Below, one piece after another: positions 38,035 to 46,577 of a DNA stretch of 64,000 bases. The first letter of the stretch is position 1; each line of letters opens with the position of its first letter. A program made the position numbers and the translations under genes. The notes under the pieces were generated by a model. The model had not been told where the DNA came from. It was given only the letters and a program-made list of their open reading frames with translations, and did not search any database. The stretch covers positions 1 to 64,000 of the forward strand of contig CAWAGQ010000015.1 in the NCBI GenBank assembly GCA_963781585.1, written 5' to 3'. Origin of the DNA: an uncultured Gemmatimonadaceae bacterium (GTDB lineage: Bacteria; Gemmatimonadota; Gemmatimonadetes; Gemmatimonadales; Gemmatimonadaceae).

Positions 38035-39204
38035 TCACCGCTGCACCCGTCCCATGCCCGACCCGATCCACAATCCCAGGCGCGACGTGACTACGGCTGT
38101 GACAATCGCGATCGCCAGCGTCCGCGCGAACGCGAGGGCGTTGGGCTCGGGCGTCCAGAACTGATACCGCCAGTCACCGAGCCGCACGTAGTAGTCCCAA
38201 TGGTCCGCGCCGAAGACGAAATTGCGCGCGTGAGGCATGAGCAGGAACTCACCCCACCACCAATGCGCCGCGAGCATCAGGAGCACGAACGACACGCCGA
38301 TCGTCACCGACAACACCCCGTCGCGCCCACGCAGCCGGCGCATCAGCAGATCGATCGCCAACGCCGGCACCACCACCAGCAGCGGAAACGGGGGCGGCAC
38401 CATGTGGGTGACCGGATTGTAGATCGGCGCCAGCTTGGGTGTGGCGGGAAAAAGCTGCAGCGTCCACATCATCACGAGGACGATCGACATGTAGATCGTC
38501 GCCGTGGTCGTGGCCGGCCACCGCAGCCGCGATGGCCGGGAGGTGGCCGTGAGGATCAGCGGCATGCCGATCGCCGTGAGCCGGTAGAAGCGTCCGGCGT
38601 GCATGTCGTTCGGGAACGCCGCGTACTCCATCAGCACCGTCGCGTGCATGGTGAGCAGAATCCCCGCCGATGCCGCGTAGAGCATTCCGAGCCGTCGCTG
38701 GGTATCCGGTGTCGCCCGGTTCTGCCTGGCGAGGCACATCAGCATTGCGCCGATCTCGATGGCGATCATGCCCCAGGCGAGCACCATGTGTGGCGGGCTC
38801 ATGATCTTCACGTCCAGGCCGTACGCGTCGTGCCACCAGTTGTCGAGCGGCGCGGACGTGATCATCATCAGCGTCCCCCAGATGCATAACCAGGCGCCGA
38901 GCGGACCGCGGAACCCCCAGAAACGCACCCCCCGTGTGTGGGCCGCGGGATCGCCGAACGTCATCCGCAACACGAGTGTCCCACACGTTGCGCCCGCCAC
39001 GATCGCGGCCAACTGCTCGAGCAGGTGGGCGGGGGTCCAGAATGTGTCGCGCCCGATGGTGCGGTGCCACGAAATGTCCCAGATCAGCCCCACCACGATC
39101 GACACCGACGCGAACAGCACCGCGTAAAGGGGCCACATCCGCTCCGTGACCTGAGCTCGTGCGGCGCTCCGGACCACTGGGGTCGCTTCGATGATCGTGC
39201 TCAC
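38035..39204 (-). CDS. Polytopic membrane protein with PmoC/AmoC-like copper motifs
   Basis: About 10 TM segments; DISWHRTIGRDTFWTPAH and LDNWWHDAYGLDVKIMSPPH; GTGA overlap with the GH15 gene. Confidence 0.75.
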   Translation of the reverse strand: MSTIIEATPVVRSAARAQVTERMWPLYAVLFASVSIVVGLIWDISWHRTIGRDTFWTPAHLLEQLAAIVAGATCGTLVLRMTFGDPAAHTRGVRFWGFRGPLGAWLCIWGTLMMITSAPLDNWWHDAYGLDVKIMSPPHMVLAWGMIAIEIGAMLMCLARQNRATPDTQRRLGMLYAASAGILLTMHATVLMEYAAFPNDMHAGRFYRLTAIGMPLILTATSRPSRLRWPATTTATIYMSIVLVMMWTLQLFPATPKLAPIYNPVTHMVPPPFPLLVVVPALAIDLLMRRLRGRDGVLSVTIGVSFVLLMLAAHWWWGEFLLMPHARNFVFGADHWDYYVRLGDWRYQFWTPEPNALAFARTLAIAIVTAVVTSRLGLWIGSGMGRVQR

Positions 39205-41621
39205 CTGGGGACCGATTCCTGGGAATGCACTCCTGCGAGAGGCGGGGCCGCGGCATCAACTGCCACGTGGAAATCCCGGCCCACCCATTCCGCGCTGTCG
39301 CGCCATTGGAATGTGAAGTCTACCACGCGCGCCTGTGACGACGGAGCTACGCCGAGCTCGAAGGCGTGCAGACCAAGGCCGGTATCGTCGGTCTCACCAT
39401 CGGACGGACTCTGCCAGCCATTCACACCCCAGTGGATGCGCGCAGCACGGGGCACCGCCACCACGAGCGACGACCCGCGCTCGATCCGGCCAATGGGCGC
39501 ATGAAGGCACCAGATGGCGCGCCGGGCATCCGGCCGCCGGCCGCCGTAACGCCGCCACACCGCCGCCGGCCGGTCGAACGGATATCCCAGGTGACGCGAG
39601 ATCATCAGCTTCAGAAACTCCGCGTGCGCCCACACCAAGGGCATGGCCGCTCCGGTGGGCCGGCCCGGGAAGAGCCGCAGTGCCGGCAGGGCATCCGTGT
39701 CCCACACCTGCTCCGGCATCATGCCGCCCGGTCCCACCATTGCCGCCATCACTTTCAGATAGGACGAGGGATCGTTACCCGCGGCCAGCTCGTAGTGCCC
39801 GCGCTCGCCCGTCAGCAGCGGCCAGGCACGTCCCCGGCCACTCCCATCGAACGGACGGCCGTCGCGATGCTCGCCATATCCGTCGCCATTGTAGCGATGC
39901 CACGCGGGCCCACTCGGCGTCTCCACCTTGAGCAGGGCGTCGGCCACCTTCAGGCTGCCGCGAACGCACGGATCGTCCGGCGCCCGCAGACCGAAACGCA
40001 CGAGCTGCAGGAAATCCAGGCTGACCTGCTCGTCGGCCGGCACGCCGGACATCTGTCGCCGATTCTTGATCTCGAGCATGCCCTCCAGCGACGCGCGGTC
40101 GTGCAGCACCTCCGGGGGCGCCACTCGCACGTAGTAGCTTTCCACGCCAACACGCCTGGCGAGTGGCGTGTCCTGCGCCGCCATCCACGACTCGGCGCGC
40201 GAATTCCAGAAATCGGCCAGCGCGAGGGCGAGCCGCTTCGCCGGCGCGTGCACGAACTCCGCACCCGCAACCAGTGCCGCGATACACACCGCCAGCGTGA
40301 ACGGATTGATCCCCGCGTTCTCTTCCCACCGGTCCTGGTCGCTCGATGGTCCCGTGGTCGCGAGGAACGACAGGGCACGAGCGATCATGTCGTGCACCAC
40401 GATGCCCTGCAGAGCATCGCGCTCCGCGAGCGCGGCAGCGAGCAGCACCGGGAACGCGACCTCGTCCAGCTGCAGACCTTCCCAGTATGGAGTCCCGCCA
40501 AGCCACTGGTTCTGGTTCCAGCTTCCGTCCTGCCTCTGGGTGGCGATCAGGTAGCGGAGGGTGTTGCGTGCCTCCTTCTCGGCGCCTAACGCGAGAAAGG
40601 CGCTCGCGCACTGCACCAGGTCGCGCGGCCACACCAGGTGATAGCCGCCGCGATCGTCCCGGCTGTTGCCCCACGGTACGCTCAGGCTCGCGACCATCGC
40701 GCCGGGATACGTCTTGTCGCAGTGCGCGCGCAGCACCATGGTGGAGAGATGGAACTGCTCGGCGAACTCGTCTGCCTCATCGGGTCGGAGCAGGGTGCGT
40801 CGTTCGCGGCGCGCATGCCACTGGCGCCACATCTCGATCTGGCGCTCGAGGATGGAATCGAACGGCTGCATCAGAGTCGAAACAGCCAGCGTGGCAGCCG
40901 AGTGCATGCTGCTCCCGAAACCGAGCCCCAGGACCGACACGCGGGGCAGCGCCCCGATCATGGCGACGTTCCCGGGACCGGCGCTGGCGTACTGCCACGT
41001 GAGGGCGCCGTTGCGATGAAAATCCTGCCAGCCGTCGCTCTCGCCCACATACCCGGCGCTGGCGGCGCCCAGCGCGTCCTGCTGGGCCTCGTCCACGGCC
41101 GCCAGCGCGAGCCCGAAAGGTCCCTGCTCCGCCGCCAGCACACGGCGCGTTCCATAGCGCGCGATGACCGCCGTGTTCTCACGGCCACTGGTGCCGAGTC
41201 GGGGAGCGATGAGCACGTAGGGCCGAAGGTCGTCGTCGCCGGTAAGGCGCACGTCGATCACCAGCGCGTCCCGGTCGGGATCCGGCGTAATCCTCAGTGC
41301 GAGGGCGAAGCGCTCGTGCGTGTGGACGATCTCGACGGCGGGTGTCCCCGGGCCGAGCAGCCGCAATCGGTAGTTCTCGAGGCGTTTGACCTCGACCCAG
41401 AACCCACGTCCGTCGCCAACGATGAACCCGAGGTCGCGAATCTGCGCCAGGTCCACTCTCGGATAGTATACCTCGTTGATGATTCCGAAGCCGAGCGTGA
41501 ACCAGACGCGCGACCGGCCCAGCGCGCAGCCGACAACGTCCTTGGCGCTGCTGCACCAGGTGGGCGCGATACCCGGACTGCCTGGGGCCTCGCCTCGTGG
41601 CTCTTCTCCGGAATCATGCAT
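39201..41621 (-). CDS. GH15 glucoamylase/glucodextranase-type glycoside hydrolase
   Basis: TWCSSAKD, YHLVWPRD, QLDE, QDRWEE, RYNGDGYGE, WPLLTGERGHYE, PEQVWD, PLVWAHAE. Confidence 0.93.
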   Translation of the reverse strand: MHDSGEEPRGEAPGSPGIAPTWCSSAKDVVGCALGRSRVWFTLGFGIINEVYYPRVDLAQIRDLGFIVGDGRGFWVEVKRLENYRLRLLGPGTPAVEIVHTHERFALALRITPDPDRDALVIDVRLTGDDDLRPYVLIAPRLGTSGRENTAVIARYGTRRVLAAEQGPFGLALAAVDEAQQDALGAASAGYVGESDGWQDFHRNGALTWQYASAGPGNVAMIGALPRVSVLGLGFGSSMHSAATLAVSTLMQPFDSILERQIEMWRQWHARRERRTLLRPDEADEFAEQFHLSTMVLRAHCDKTYPGAMVASLSVPWGNSRDDRGGYHLVWPRDLVQCASAFLALGAEKEARNTLRYLIATQRQDGSWNQNQWLGGTPYWEGLQLDEVAFPVLLAAALAERDALQGIVVHDMIARALSFLATTGPSSDQDRWEENAGINPFTLAVCIAALVAGAEFVHAPAKRLALALADFWNSRAESWMAAQDTPLARRVGVESYYVRVAPPEVLHDRASLEGMLEIKNRRQMSGVPADEQVSLDFLQLVRFGLRAPDDPCVRGSLKVADALLKVETPSGPAWHRYNGDGYGEHRDGRPFDGSGRGRAWPLLTGERGHYELAAGNDPSSYLKVMAAMVGPGGMMPEQVWDTDALPALRLFPGRPTGAAMPLVWAHAEFLKLMISRHLGYPFDRPAAVWRRYGGRRPDARRAIWCLHAPIGRIERGSSLVVAVPRAARIHWGVNGWQSPSDGETDDTGLGLHAFELGVAPSSQARVVDFTFQWRDSAEWVGRDFHVAVDAAAPPLAGVHSQESVPR

Positions 41622-41696
41622 GTCGCGTTCTCGTCGTTATGGAATCCGATGATGATGGCGACGCGCCCGACTTCGGGCCACATTCACGATAGTAAC

Positions 41697-42680
41697 ATGC
41701 GGCGCTGCCGTGTCTTGAAGCCTCGAAGCACGACGGGTTCCACACTCTGGGGCGCCGCCCTGGCGATCGGTCTGGCGCTGGTGCCCATCAGGGCCCGGGC
41801 GCAGGGCCCCACAAGCACCCTCACCGGGGTGGTGCGCGACACCTCCGGTCTTCCCCTTGCCCAGGCGGTCGTCGCGCTCGATCCCGGCGGAGCCATTCGC
41901 GCCACACGCGCCGATGCCCAGGGACGATTTCGATTCGAGCGCGTGCCGCGCGGCCCGCATGAGCTGCGCACCACATGGATCGGCTATCGTCCGGAAGACC
42001 GGTTCATCGACGTCAACGAAGCAGTGGTGCAACTCGAGATCGTGCTCGTGCCGGTGCCCTATCAACTCGATACCATGGAGATCGTGGCGCGACGCACGGG
42101 CATCCAGGGCACGGTCATTTCACACACGCCTTTCCGGCCGCTCCCCAGCGCATCCGTCGAGGCCATGGGTACACGATTCAAGACCGGGAGCGGGGCAGAC
42201 GGACGGTTCGATCTTCCGGAGCTCGGAGAAGGCGCGTACGCCATCGAGGCCCGGCACGACGGGTTCAAGACTCGTGTGATCTCGGCCGCCGTCGCGCGCG
42301 AAGGGGCGACCGAGGTCGCGCTAATCCTCGATTCGTTGAACACGAAAGCCGCGCGCATCGCCGAGCATCTGATGCGCGACATGGAGCATCGCGTGCATTG
42401 GCGAAGTACCAGCACGTCGGCCATCGTCGGCCGGCAGGAGCTGGCCGCCAAGGGCGACCAGTCGCTCGACGTGGCGCTGCGGTACGCGCCATCGGTTCTG
42501 GTGAAGGGGCTCTACGGGGAGTACGTAGACGTCTGCGGCATATTCGTCGACGGGCGTCGCGAGATCATCCGCCGTCTCAAGGACTTCAAAGCGGACGAGG
42601 TGATCATGGTGGAGGTGTATCGGGAGAGAATGTGCAGGCGCCGGCTCAGCGTGACGGTCTTCATCTGGCTGAAGCATTGA
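41697..42680 (+). CDS. Secreted protein with two carboxypeptidase-regulatory-like domains and a plug-like tail (paralog 1)
   Basis: LTGVVRDTSGLPL..ADAQGRFRF..IGY; second repeat GTVI..DGRF; tail CGIFVDG..MVEVY..VFIWLKH. Confidence 0.8.
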   Translation: MRRCRVLKPRSTTGSTLWGAALAIGLALVPIRARAQGPTSTLTGVVRDTSGLPLAQAVVALDPGGAIRATRADAQGRFRFERVPRGPHELRTTWIGYRPEDRFIDVNEAVVQLEIVLVPVPYQLDTMEIVARRTGIQGTVISHTPFRPLPSASVEAMGTRFKTGSGADGRFDLPELGEGAYAIEARHDGFKTRVISAAVAREGATEVALILDSLNTKAARIAEHLMRDMEHRVHWRSTSTSAIVGRQELAAKGDQSLDVALRYAPSVLVKGLYGEYVDVCGIFVDGRREIIRRLKDFKADEVIMVEVYRERMCRRRLSVTVFIWLKH

Positions 42681-43711
42681 TGTCTTGTTGCCATTCCGGT
42701 CTCACGGGGCGTTGGGCTGGAGCCCTCTCGAGGCACTTCGGCATCGTCGTGACCGCGGCGCTGATCCTGCATCACGTCCCGGCCCGGGCGCAGGGAGCCA
42801 CCAGCACGCTCACCGGCGTGGTGCGCGACACGTCCGGTCTTCCCCTTGCCCAGGCGGTCGTCGCACTCGATCCCGGTGGAGATATCCGCGCGACCCGCGC
42901 CGACTCGGCCGGTCGGTTCCGATTCGAACGAGTGCGCCGCGGCGCCCACGAGCTGCGCACCACATGGCTTGGCTACCGGCCCGAGGACCGGCTCATCGAC
43001 ATCACCGAAGCGGTCGTGCAACTGGAGATCGTTCTTGTCCCGCTCCCCTACCAGCTCGACACGATGGAGATTCGCGCCCGGCGCAGCGGCATCGAGGGAA
43101 CAGTCATTGCCCACGCCACCTTTCGACCGCTTGCCGGCGCCGACGCCGAAGCGCTCGGCACCAGGTTCCGGACGCGCACCACCACCGACGGTCGCTTCAC
43201 GCTGCCGCAGCTCGGCGAGGGGGCGTACGCGATCGAGGCGCGGCATGACGGATTCAAGACGCGTGTGATCTCGGCGGCGGTTGCGCGCGAAGGCGCCACG
43301 GAAGTTGCGTTGAGTCTCGATTCGCTGCACACCAAGGCCGAGAAGATCGCCGAACATCTCATGCGCGACATGGAGTCGCGCATTCACTGGCGCAGCATGG
43401 CCAATTCGGCGATCGTCGGCCGGCAGGAGCTCGCGGCAAAGCGCGATCAATCGTTGGAGACGGCCCTGCGCTACGCTCCGTCAGTGCTCGTCAAGGGATT
43501 GATGACGGGGACGCTGAACGTGTGCAATATTGTGGTGGATGGTCGCCCGGACATCATCCGGCGTCTCGGCGACTTTCGCGCGGACGAGGTGTCGATGGTC
43601 GAAGTGTACGGCGTGCGCGTCTGTTCGGGTCGCTCCATGGGCGGCATGCCGGTCATCGTCGACCATCCGGGTCGGCCAGGCGTGAACGTGTTCATCTGGC
43701 TGAAGCACTGA
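42680..43711 (+). CDS. Tandem paralog 2 of the preceding gene
   Basis: TGATG stop/start coupling; collinear and highly similar to 41697-42680; also ends VFIWLKH. Confidence 0.8.
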   Translation: MSCCHSGLTGRWAGALSRHFGIVVTAALILHHVPARAQGATSTLTGVVRDTSGLPLAQAVVALDPGGDIRATRADSAGRFRFERVRRGAHELRTTWLGYRPEDRLIDITEAVVQLEIVLVPLPYQLDTMEIRARRSGIEGTVIAHATFRPLAGADAEALGTRFRTRTTTDGRFTLPQLGEGAYAIEARHDGFKTRVISAAVAREGATEVALSLDSLHTKAEKIAEHLMRDMESRIHWRSMANSAIVGRQELAAKRDQSLETALRYAPSVLVKGLMTGTLNVCNIVVDGRPDIIRRLGDFRADEVSMVEVYGVRVCSGRSMGGMPVIVDHPGRPGVNVFIWLKH

Positions 43712-43735
43712 CCCATCCCGATGGGACAAATCCGG

Positions 43736-44602
43736 CTAAAAACGTCGGATCGCTGACGGTCCGGTCCGGCTCTCGCCTTCTCCCGAGCGAATTCGCCTGG
43801 AGAAATCCTCCGCGGCCCCGATCGCGCGCGCCCGATCACTCACGTAGGCCCGCCGCCTCAGCTCGGGAAAAGCCAGGCTGGTGTCCAGCAGGCCGATGTC
43901 GTACGCCAGTGCGTCGGCGAACCCCGGCAGGATGAAACGGTAGCTGAACGGGACGCGTCCCGGAACGAGATCATTGACGTGTCGCACAATCGTCGTGGTG
44001 CAATTCCGCGTGAGCGTGTTGTAGAACTCGGGCCGGCTGCGCAAGGCGTTCGCTCGCTTCAGCATCGAGACGAACAGCGCGCGCCCTCGCTCGGCGGTGG
44101 TGTGCACGCGATACAGAAAGACGCTGTCCGGACGGAAGTTCGTGCGTACTCGCAGAATGTCGCGCTCATCGGCCACCACGTACATCAGCTCGTACTGGCG
44201 GAACAGTCCACTGAGCGCATTGTACTCCTCGCCAGCCTCCTTGCGGGCCTCGACCGAGATGCCGACGTACTCGGAGTCGGCGAAGCCGAAGCTGACGAAC
44301 GTATGGGCGACCGCGCGTTCGCCGGTGAACGGCACGACCACGTACCACACCGAGCTCAGCCGGGAGAGGTCGAACGTGCGTTCCTCCCAGCGAGCAACGG
44401 CATCGTCGGACGATCGATAGTCGAAATTCCGTACGTTGCGCACAACGACCGTGTCACCCCGAAACGTGGCATCCGGCAGCCTTGCTTCGTCGACCTTCCA
44501 GTTCCGGGCATTCGACGGATGCCTCGTGGCGAGCCATCCCGCACCCGCCAGCACCGATGCGCCGACGATGGCCAGCGCGATGCGCCATGGTCTGATCCTC
44601 AC
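43736..44602 (-). CDS. DUF4105 (Lnb N-terminal-like) domain protein
   Basis: N-terminal TM; NVRNFDY, AHTFVSFGF, SVEARKE, QYELMY, FYNTLTRNCTT. Confidence 0.85.
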   Translation of the reverse strand: MRIRPWRIALAIVGASVLAGAGWLATRHPSNARNWKVDEARLPDATFRGDTVVVRNVRNFDYRSSDDAVARWEERTFDLSRLSSVWYVVVPFTGERAVAHTFVSFGFADSEYVGISVEARKEAGEEYNALSGLFRQYELMYVVADERDILRVRTNFRPDSVFLYRVHTTAERGRALFVSMLKRANALRSRPEFYNTLTRNCTTTIVRHVNDLVPGRVPFSYRFILPGFADALAYDIGLLDTSLAFPELRRRAYVSDRARAIGAAEDFSRRIRSGEGESRTGPSAIRRF

Positions 44603-44798
44603 TGGCGGAAGGTACGCCGGCACGGGCGCGGCCAGCAACCAGGCGGTCGGCGCCCCTTGGAGAATTGGCGAGACGGTTGACACGCAGACGCGAGCCGGCA
44701 ACAGTTGCGCCCTGATGCAGCCTGGCCATCCGCCGCTTGATGGTTCGACAGGGCGGAGGAGCGACGCGACAACCTGATGTCTCCTTGGGGGGGTGCCG

Positions 44799-45239
44799 AT
44801 GAAGGGGCTCGTGCTCGCACACCCACGTTTTGTGCTCGCCGCATCGGCCGCCGGACTCTGGGTGGTGGCCAGCGGGATGGTCATGGCGGCGACATTCGGA
44901 TACCGCGAGATGCGCGTCGCGTTCGACGCCGTGGGACTGCCGATCCCGCAGGGCGCGGCGCCGCTGATCGTTCATACGATCGTCCGGCTCCTGCTGGGCG
45001 CGTCGGTCGTCGGACTCTACGCGATCATTTCACAGCTCCTGTCGCCCACGCCGTCCCTCCTGATCGCCGCGGCGTTCGCCTGGCTGCTTTCGATGGTGCT
45101 TCCTTACGCCGTGATCGCAGAATGGGGACTGTTCCCCTGGTCGCTCGCAGCCAAGCTGTGGCTGTGGAGCGCGGCGGAATTGTTGATCGCCGGAGTAATT
45201 GGCAGACAGTTGTACCGGATTCCGCGCGCACCCTCCTGA
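44799..45239 (+). CDS. Hypothetical 4-TM membrane protein
   Basis: Four hydrophobic segments; fills the gap between neighbouring genes. Confidence 0.7.
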   Translation: MKGLVLAHPRFVLAASAAGLWVVASGMVMAATFGYREMRVAFDAVGLPIPQGAAPLIVHTIVRLLLGASVVGLYAIISQLLSPTPSLLIAAAFAWLLSMVLPYAVIAEWGLFPWSLAAKLWLWSAAELLIAGVIGRQLYRIPRAPS

Positions 45240-45312
45240 GAGACAGGCACGCAGCTGTGCTTCGCGTCGCGGCAACCCTCCCGACACGTCAGTCGGACTA
45301 ATAGCGGGAAGA

Positions 45313-45331
45313 GGCCACAGGCCATAGGCCA
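45313..45331. repeat. Short GGCCAYA heptamer array
   Basis: ggccaca ggccata ggcca. Confidence 0.5.
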
Positions 45332-45408
45332 GGATGGAAGTCCTCGTTCGTGATGCTCCTGGCTACCGACGCTGGACACCAGCCTCCCCTCTCACCACCT
45401 CCTGCTCC

Positions 45409-46518
45409 GTGTCCCGACTTCCCTCCGTATTCGTGGCTGCAGCGGTGCTGTGCGCCACCCCGTGCGATGTTCGTGCTCAGGGGTCGGCGTACGCGACCCT
45501 TGGCGCCAGAATCGCCGCATCGTCCCCTCCCTTCACGCACGTCAGTGGGGTGGTGGAACTCTCCGGCAATCGCATTCTCGTTGCCGACGACAAGGAGAAC
45601 CGGCTCTCGCTTCTCGACCTGCGCACCGGCGCGACACGCAACATCGGGCGGACGGGTTCAGGCCCCGGGGAGTTCCGACTCATTGGCGAGCTGTTGCCCA
45701 GACCGGCGGGAGCCGCGTACCTCACGGACTTCGTTCAACGCCGCCTCCTTCCCATCACCGACGACGCCACGTTCACGAACACGATCCGCTTCCCGGGATC
45801 CATCCTCGTGCATGGGATCGATGGTCGGGGACGCATCTATGGTGAAACGTTCCTGCCGCGGGTTGGCACCGCGCCTGACGATTCAATGCTGATCGTGCGC
45901 TGGGATCCGGCGGTCCCGCACTTCGACACCCTCACGAAGTACGACGCGGCTGTTTCGCAGATGATCGTCCGGCCGGGCGGCACGTATCACGTCTTCCATC
46001 CGAAGGATGCCTGGGTGGCGACGTCGGAAGGCGACATCGCCGTCGTGAACGCCGCCACGTATCAGGTCAGCTGGCCTGTCGGCGCGCGTGGCACCACGCC
46101 CGTCTCGGTTCCGTGGCAGCCGCTTCCGGTCACCGATGCGGACAGGAAGGCGTACCTCGCCGCGCAGGCGTCACAGCGCACCACGGTGCTCGGGAATCCG
46201 GGAGCGGGCGCCGCGTCGGCACCGCGCCCGGAAATCCACTACGACTTCCCGGCCTTCCTTCCCGCATTTCCGGAGGATGCGCTGCGTATCGCTCCGGGCG
46301 ACCGGATCTGGGTGGAGCGGTCGCGGCCGGCGAGCGACACGCTGTCTCGATTCGACGTCCTCGATGCGGCCGACGGGCACTTGATTGGCCGCGTCGCGTT
46401 GCCGCCGCGCACACGGCTGGTGGGCTTCGGCAAACAGAGCGTCTTCCTGGTCGAGAAGGACCAGGACGACCTCGAATACGTGCGACAGTTCGTGATGCCG
46501 CCATTGAGCAGCCGCTGA
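45409..46518 (+). CDS. Secreted 6-bladed beta-propeller (NHL-like) protein
   Basis: Signal peptide; IGRTGSGPGEF; C-terminal FDVLD..GRVALP..DQDDLEYV. Confidence 0.8.
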   Translation: MSRLPSVFVAAAVLCATPCDVRAQGSAYATLGARIAASSPPFTHVSGVVELSGNRILVADDKENRLSLLDLRTGATRNIGRTGSGPGEFRLIGELLPRPAGAAYLTDFVQRRLLPITDDATFTNTIRFPGSILVHGIDGRGRIYGETFLPRVGTAPDDSMLIVRWDPAVPHFDTLTKYDAAVSQMIVRPGGTYHVFHPKDAWVATSEGDIAVVNAATYQVSWPVGARGTTPVSVPWQPLPVTDADRKAYLAAQASQRTTVLGNPGAGAASAPRPEIHYDFPAFLPAFPEDALRIAPGDRIWVERSRPASDTLSRFDVLDAADGHLIGRVALPPRTRLVGFGKQSVFLVEKDQDDLEYVRQFVMPPLSSR

Positions 46519-46577
46519 TCGCTCTCCGCTTCGCCGGGGAGCGACTTCGGCGCGCCGCGGTGCGGCGTGCGGCCGTG

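Noticed and set aside
37462..40599. Shared 17-mer CGCCTAACGCGAGAAAG at about 37462 and 40583
   Set aside because: Explained by the octamer plus both genes encoding FLALG.
41697..43711. Paralog pair as a DGR template/variable repeat
   Set aside because: Differences are not adenine-specific, both copies are full genes, and there is no reverse transcriptase.
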